Part shown: piece after piece, positions 57,775-64,000 of the stretch
Layout of the letters: the number at the start of each line of letters is the position of its first letter
Numbering within the stretch: position 1 is the first letter of the stretch
NCBI RefSeq assembly: GCF_009914755.1
Contig: NC_060936.1
Length of the DNA: 64,000 bases
Origin: the human T2T-CHM13v2.0 reference genome, Homo sapiens
Strand: one strand, 5' to 3'
The notes under the pieces: model-generated
Told to the model about the DNA's origin: nothing
The model's database searches: none
The model's input: only the letters and a program-made list of their open reading frames with translations
Made by a program: the position numbers and the translations under genes

Positions 57775-59608
57775 AGTTACAGGATCTTCAGGGTGTTGTT
57801 TTTCTGGCTAGAAACCTCTGTGGCTAGGCTGTTTCACCAACTCACCCTGGCAGGCTGCACTTGACCTACTGGCCTGGGTCCCATGCCTGCCAAGGGTGAA
57901 TCAGACATGGAATGGCCAGGGGTGTGTGAGTGAGCATGGGGTCTGGCCACTGCATACAGTCAGACATGCTGGTTGCTGCAGTGGGGTGGGCAGCTCCAGG
58001 TGCTGTCACAGGTGCTGGCCCTCTGCAAGGCTGCAGCTGGACCAGGCACACCACAAGCAGCTTCCAAGGCTGGAATGGGGGAACATGGTGATGCCTGGAG
58101 GCTTGGAGATGCCAGGAACTGCAGGTCCCCAAAGAAGGAGTCACAGTCCTGGCTTGGGGAGTTCCCAGGTCTGGGCTAACTGAAGAGCCATAGCTCTTCT
58201 TTCCTTCTCTTCACTCACAATGTCGCAAGCAAGGGGGTATGTCTCAGCCCTGTTTGTGTTACAGCTCTTTTAGCCTTGCCATTTGGACTTGTGCCCAGGA
58301 AGAATGAAGTACGCAGACAAGTGGAGGGTGAGCAAGACAAAGAGGAGATTTACTGAGTGATATAACAGATCAGAGGAAATCTTCAGGGGGCAGCTCCTTT
58401 CCGTAACCAGGGTGCCCTGATGAATGTTCTGCTCCTAGCAGAGAGGAGACCCTGGAGTGGGAAGCTCCTCTCTGCAGGCAGGTCATTCTGATGTCTTCCC
58501 AGCTTTCAGCAGAGAGGAGGCCCTGGAGTGGGTAGCACCTCTCTGCAGCTGGTTGTCCCAATGTTTCTGCAGCTGGTTGTCCCAATGTCTCTGCAGCTCT
58601 CAGCAGAGAGGAGGCCCTGGAGTGGGTAGCTTCTCTCTGCAGCTGGTGGTCCCAATGTCTCTGCAGCTCTCAGCAGACAGGAGACCCTGGAGTGGGTAGC
58701 TCCACTCTGAAGCTGGTCCTCCTGATGTCTGTTCTGGCTGAGCCTGGGGCTTTTATGGGGCTCAGAGGGGAGGAAGTGCTTGCCAACTGGTCCATGGGTG
58801 GTCATGGACAGGACCGGAAAAGGCACCACAAGTTCCATCTCTGGTCCCTGGGACTGGCAGCCCAGCCCCCAGCCTTTAGGTCCTCCTTGGCCTGAAGGTG
58901 GGGCTCACTGGGGACCTGTCCCCTTCCACTCAGGAACTTGCCTGCCTCCTGCTGCCATTGATGGCACCCAGGCTGTAGGTGCTAAGGGGTGCCTTCAGAC
59001 CAGCACTGAGCTGCCTTCAGCCTCCCTTTGGCTTCCCTCCTATGCTTGTTTGGAGGGGGCTGGGATGTCAGGGGGCTGGTGTGTCAGCACTGCCCTGAGT
59101 GTGTGCAAACTCAGCTGGGCCATGACAGCATCTGGGCTTGGCCCTGACTTTGCTTTGAGATTGGAGCAGGTGCCAACAGCAGGGGGAAGCCAGGCAGTGG
59201 GAGCAGGCACTTCTGAGCCTGTGAGGGCAGGGGGGCCTTCCTGGGCTTCCAAGAGTGCAGGAATGCCTGAATCTGCAGCCACAGTTTGGGCAGCTGCAGC
59301 TGTGCCTGGTGTGGGTGTGTGTGCAGAGCTCCTGCCTGCTCCATGGTTTGGGTGGCTGGAGCTGTGGGGTGAGGTGTGGTTCCCACTTGCTCCCAGGCTC
59401 TGAGAGCACAGGGATGCCCAGGTATTCAGCTGTGGCTTGGGTGGCTGCAGCAGCACCTGGGGAGCTCCCATCCCAACTCAGAAAAGGTGGGGCTCCTGCT
59501 TGTCCTTGTCTCCTGCTGTCTCCATGGAGCATGCAGCCCCAGCTGTACCTCCCCACTGCAGCTGGCATGACGGCAGTGGCTGCTCCAGATGGGCTGCTGC
59601 TGCCATCA
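57775..59608 (-). mobile_element. MER52-type ERV1 solo LTR (long, GC-rich, internal tandem repeats at about 58430-58720)
   Basis: Termini gttacaggatct..gggtgt..ttttctggc.agaaacctctgtggc and gatgggctgctgctgccatca; repeated cagcagagaggag.ccctggagtggg units. Confidence 0.85.
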
Positions 59609-60799
59609 ATATTTTGTATATTATCTATATTTTCAAACACATTGAGACTTAATTTGTGGCCTAACATATGGTCTATCTTGGTGAAAATATTTCATGTACA
59701 CTGGAGAAGAAAGCATTTGCTGTTATTGTTGGGTATAGTGTTCTGTATATGTCTGTTAAATCTAGTTGATATTTTGTGTTAAGTCCTCTATTTCCTTATT
59801 TTCTGTTTGGTTGTTCTGTCTTTTATAGAGAAGGGGCTATTGAAATCACTAACTATTACTGTAGAATTAATTCTCTCTTCAATTCTGTTTTTGCTTCATA
59901 TATTTTTGATGGTCTGTCATGTTTATAAAAGTGTTATGTCTTCTTACTGTGTTGACTCTTTTATTAATACACAATGTCCTTCTTTGTCTTTTTTAACCTT
60001 TTTTTTTTATTTAAAGTCTGTTTTATCTGATATTAGCATAGCCGCCCCTGCTCTCTTTTGGTTATGATTTACGTGGAATATCTTTTTTAACTCTTTCACT
60101 TTCAATCTGTGTGTGCCTGTGAGTCTAAATTGAGTCTCTCTTGTAGAGAACATATAGTTAGTTCATGTTTTTAAAATCTTTCTGCCAATCTCTGTCTTTT
60201 GATTAGAAAATTTAATCTACTTGCAATTAAAGTAATTACTGATAAGGAGGGACTTCTGTCATATTGCTCTTTGTTTCCTGAATGGTGTATAGCTTTTTTT
60301 GTCTTTCAGTTCCTGCACTACTGTCTTAAAATTTTTTTTTTGGTAGTAAAATGTTTAAATTTCTCTCTTATTTCCTTTTGTATGCATTCTGTAGCTATTT
60401 TCTTTGTAGTTACCATGGAAATTACATTTAACATGCTAAAGTTATAATAGTCTAGTATGAATTTATACTACATTAATTTAAATAACATAAGTCTGCTCCT
60501 TTAACAGCTCTGTCATCATCCCTTTTAGTTGTTGATGTCAAAAAATTATGTTTTATACATTGTACTCCAAAACATGCTATTTTTAAGTTTAATATTAATA
60601 TTTTATTAATAATTTAATTATTATATTAAATAAATTATCCTTTTATGTAAAAAATAAATTATGGAGTTACACCAAAGTTACAATAATACTAGCTTCGAGA
60701 CTAATATGTTTTCTTAATATATTAGTCTCTTAAATCAGAAAATAAAAAAATGGAGTTATACCATTACAATAATACTAGCTCTTATAATGCCTATTAAAT

Positions 60800-61100
60800 C
60801 TTTATTTATTTAGGTTAGAGATGGGGTTTTGCTCTGTCACCCAGGCTGGAGTGTAGTGGCACAATCACAGCTCACTGCCTCCTCAAACTTCTGGACTCAA
60901 GCATTCTTCCTGCCTCAGTCTCTCGAGTAGTGGAACTACGGGTATGCACAACCACACCTTGCTAATTTTTAAACATTTTATTGTGCAGACTGGGTCTTGC
61001 TATCTTGCTTAGGATGGTCTTGAACTCCTGAGCTCAAGCAATCCTTCTGCCATGATGTCCCAAAGTGTTGGGATTACAGGTGTGGGCCACCACACTCTGC
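60800..61100 (-). mobile_element. AluJ-type
   Basis: Diverged antisense Alu. Confidence 0.85.
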
Positions 61101-61798
61101 TAAGATCTTTATTTCTTTGTATTGCTTCAAGTTAATGTCTAGTGTCCTTTCATTTAACTCTGCAGGACTTCCTGAAACATTTATTGCGGGGCAGGTATAG
61201 TGGTAAAAACCCCCCTCAGCTTTTGTTTATCTGGGAACGCCTTAATTTCTTCATCACTTTTGAAGGACAGTTTTGGCAGATATAGGATTCTTGGCTGACA
61301 GTTTTTTTCTTTTAGCACTTTGAATATATTAAGCCACTCTTCTATTTTCAAAAGTTTCTGATGAGAAATCTTCTGGTAATCTTATTGAGGACCCCTTGTA
61401 TGTGACAAGTCACTTCTCTTCTGTCTTACTGCTTTCAAAATTCTCTCTTCATCTTTGAATTTTGACAGATTGGTTATGTGTCTTGGTGTGGCTGTCTTTG
61501 AGTTCATCTTACTTGGAGTTTGCTGAGCTTCTTGGATGTCTATATTTATGTCTTTCATCAAATTTGGGAAGTTTTCAGCCATTATTGAAATATTGTCTCT
61601 GTCCTTTTGTTTTCTCTCTCTCTCTCTTCCTTCTGGAATTTTTACAATGCATAGTTTGTTCCACTTGATAGTGTCCCAAGGTCCCCTAGGCTCTCTTTTC
61701 ACTTTTCTTTAATCTTTTTTCTTTCTCTTTCTCAGACTTGCTAATTTCTATCATCCTATCTTCAAGTTTGCTGGTTCTTTCTGTTGCTTGTTCATATG

Positions 61799-61924
61799 TG
61801 CTTTTGGGGGGAACCCGGGCTAAGATAGCTGTGACTTCATATCTCACTGACACTAGGTTAGTACCCAGTTTTGAATAAATATTTGTTCAAAGATGAATAT
61901 TGAATGAATGAACATTTTTTCAAT
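61799..61924 (-). repeat. Inverted copy of 63097-63199 inserted in L1MB ORF1
   Basis: gcttttggggggaacccgggctaagatagctgtgacttcatatctca versus reverse complement gctcttggggtgaaccctggctacgacagttgtgacttcatatctca, continuing to tgaatgaat.aac..tt.ttcaat. Confidence 0.88.
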
Positions 61925-62415
61925 CAACTGAATTTTCATTTCAGTTATTATAATTTTCAGCTTCAGAATTTTGTTTCTTTTTGTATCTTCTATCTCTTTA
62001 TTAATATTCCCATTTTGTTCATATGTAATTTTCTTAACTTTCTCCATGTCCTTATTTAGTTCTTTGAGCATATTTAAGACAGTTGTTTAAAGTTTTTCTC
62101 TAGTAGATCTGCCACCAGGTCTTTTTCAGAAATGGTTTCTGTTGATTTGTTATTTTTTTCTTTAAATGAGCCATACTTTTCTGTTTTTTTGTATGCTTTG
62201 TGAGTTTTTTGAAATATTTGCATTTCATAATATGGTAACTTTTGAAATTAGATTTTCCCTCTTCCTAGGGTTTGCTGTTTTCTCTGATTCTTTATTATTT
62301 TGATTGTTGTGCCAAGGATCAGCCTGAGATGTAAACTTAAGGCCTTTCAGCTCTTTTCTGAGCCTGTGACTTTCCCCGGTTATGTGTACTTGCCAACTTT
62401 TCCCATATGTGCAGT

Positions 62416-62856
62416 TTTTATTTTTATTTTATTTTTATTATACTTTAAGTTCTGGGATACATGTGCAGAATGTGCAGGTTTGTTACGTAGGTATTCACAT
62501 GCCATGGTGGTTTGCTGCACCCATCAACCCATCATCTACATTAGATATTTCTTCTAATGGTATCCCTCCTCTAGCCCTGCACCCCCCAGCAGGCCCCAGT
62601 GTGTGATGTTCCCCTCCCTGTGTCCATGTGTTCTCATTGTTCAACTCCTATTTATGAGTGAGAACATGTAGTGTTTGGTTTTCTGTTCCTGTGTTAGTTT
62701 GCTGAGAATGATGGTTTCCAGCTTCATCCATATCCCTGCAAAGGACCTGAACTCATCCTTTTTTTTATAGCTGCATAGAATTCCATGGTGTATATGTGCC
62801 ACATTTTCTTTATCCATCCTATCATTGATGGACATTTGGGTTGGTTCCAAGTCTTT
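62416..62856 (-). mobile_element. L1PA7/8-type 3' fragment
   Basis: Antisense 3' UTR and ORF2 end (ORF 62641..62850); short TSD tgcagtt. Confidence 0.88.
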
Positions 62857-63170
62857 TATGCAGTTGTTTTGAATGTCCTAGTTTTCAGTGTCTCACTCCC
62901 AAAAAAAAGAACAGGAAGTCACAGGCCTTCAATAGACTCTAGAGTTCTAAATAGTTCCACCAGACAAATTCTACCACTGCAGTGTTGTTCAAATGAAGAG
63001 ACAGACTCCTGGTGCTTCCTACTTCATCATCTTCCCAGAATCTGCTCAGATTATAAGCGTTAATGAAATAAAAAGCAGTTCTCCCAAAGGGATATAATTG
63101 AAGAAGTTTATTCATTCAGTATTTATCATTGGGTACCACCCTAAGTGCTGATGAGATATGAAGTCACAAC

Positions 63171-63560
63171 TGTCGTAGCCAGGGTTCACCCCAAGAGCAG
63201 AGCCTGACAAGATCTCACTGGTAGGGAGCTTTGGGAAATAAGCAGGAGTGGGATTTGGAAATAATATAGGAAAGTGTTATGAGCTGGTTTACCACTGTGG
63301 GCACCTGGAATTCAATTCCATGGGGCCTCTGAGAAGCTGTGTAGGATGCCCCTCAGAACTGCCCCCTTGAGACATGGAAGTGGCGGTATTCAATCTACTG
63401 AATAAGGATTGCCCTTGGGAGTGTTAACTCCCTCAACTTCCAAGTTATGCAAGAAGCAGAATGGCTGAGTGTCTCCAAGCAAAGGCAGATTGCCCATAGT
63501 AGAAAGCAAGAGACAGTGGTGCAGCTGAGATAATGTGCTGTCAGTTTTCATCTGGTGCTT
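63171..63560. mobile_element. MLT1-type MaLR LTR remnant
   Basis: tgtc.tag.c.gggttc.cccaa..gcagagcctga terminus typical of MLT1J/K. Confidence 0.6.
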
Positions 63561-64000
63561 GCCTTGGCCAAGGCTGGACTAAAAAGTGAGCTAAGAGGCT
63601 GTGAGATGAGGACGAAGTAGAGAGTCATAAAACAGCCCGTGTGGTCATGGACCCTATTTAATGAACTCAGACACTAGGCAATTACAAAGAATATAGTGTG
63701 ATAAGTGATAAGGAAATAGAGAGAGTTTATCAGTTAGAATTGGGATACATGCAACAGAAACCCTACAGTAGAGGCTTAACCCAGTGGTTTAAAAATAAAC
63801 CTATTTTTCTCATGTAAAAAGAAGTTCAGAGCGAGGAAGTTTGGCACTCAGGGAAGTCATCCAGTACCAGGCTCCATCCAGCTTCCTGCTCTTCCATCCT
63901 TAGTGTCTGGCTTTCATCTTCATAGTTGGTCTGATTGTGTTCTAGGCAGGAAGACAGGGAAGACAGGCAGAGGACATGTGCCAGCTGAGTCTGTTTTTAT

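Larger units (their letters stand above)
54595..63040 (-). mobile_element. Ancient L1MB3/4-like element, fragmented by nested insertions
   Basis: Antisense 3' UTR at 54595, ORF2 fragments (55158-57503, 59610-60200), ORF1 fragments (61382-62071), 5' region to about 63040. Confidence 0.8.

Noticed and set aside
58430-58720. Repeat-spacer-like array
   Set aside because: Internal tandem repeats of the LTR with related intervening sequence; eukaryotic DNA, not CRISPR
57500-59700. Both L1MB copies lack a similar ORF2 segment between EN and RT
   Set aside because: Breakpoints and contexts differ (Alu-L1 junction versus L1PA insertion); two events are insufficient to claim more than coincidence
57866-59782. 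Cluster of 90-207 aa ORFs
   Set aside because: Lie within a GC-rich MER52-type LTR; no recognisable protein family

Overview
Primate, almost certainly human, genomic DNA (young Alu and L1PA elements present). Bases 1-17.8 kb hold the complete six-exon ATP23 gene (XRCC6BP1/KUB3; mitochondrial inner-membrane metalloprotease, 246 aa, HELIH motif) on the + strand, with its CpG-island promoter. The rest has no intact gene and is retroelement-dense. It contains a near full-length L1PB1, two large ancient L1MB-type elements in opposite orientation carrying nested insertions, solo LTRs, many Alus, and four retrocopies of cellular RNAs: a ZNF91-clade KRAB-ZNF, 7SK, ST13, and an apparent 3'-extended U12 snRNA precursor. 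The most unusual signals are (1) a TSD-flanked, polyadenylated copy of a U12 snRNA read-through transcript including a 3'-box-like motif; (2) three independent junctions patched with inverted copies of nearby DNA, two of them at L1 insertions that removed host DNA; (3) an ST13 retrocopy carrying a long 5' leader with a perfect heat-shock element; and (4) a duplicated exon-5 splice acceptor and a candidate poison exon within ATP23. Repeat subfamily names and RNA identities come from my recollection of consensus sequences, not from a database search. Boundaries of old repeats are approximate.
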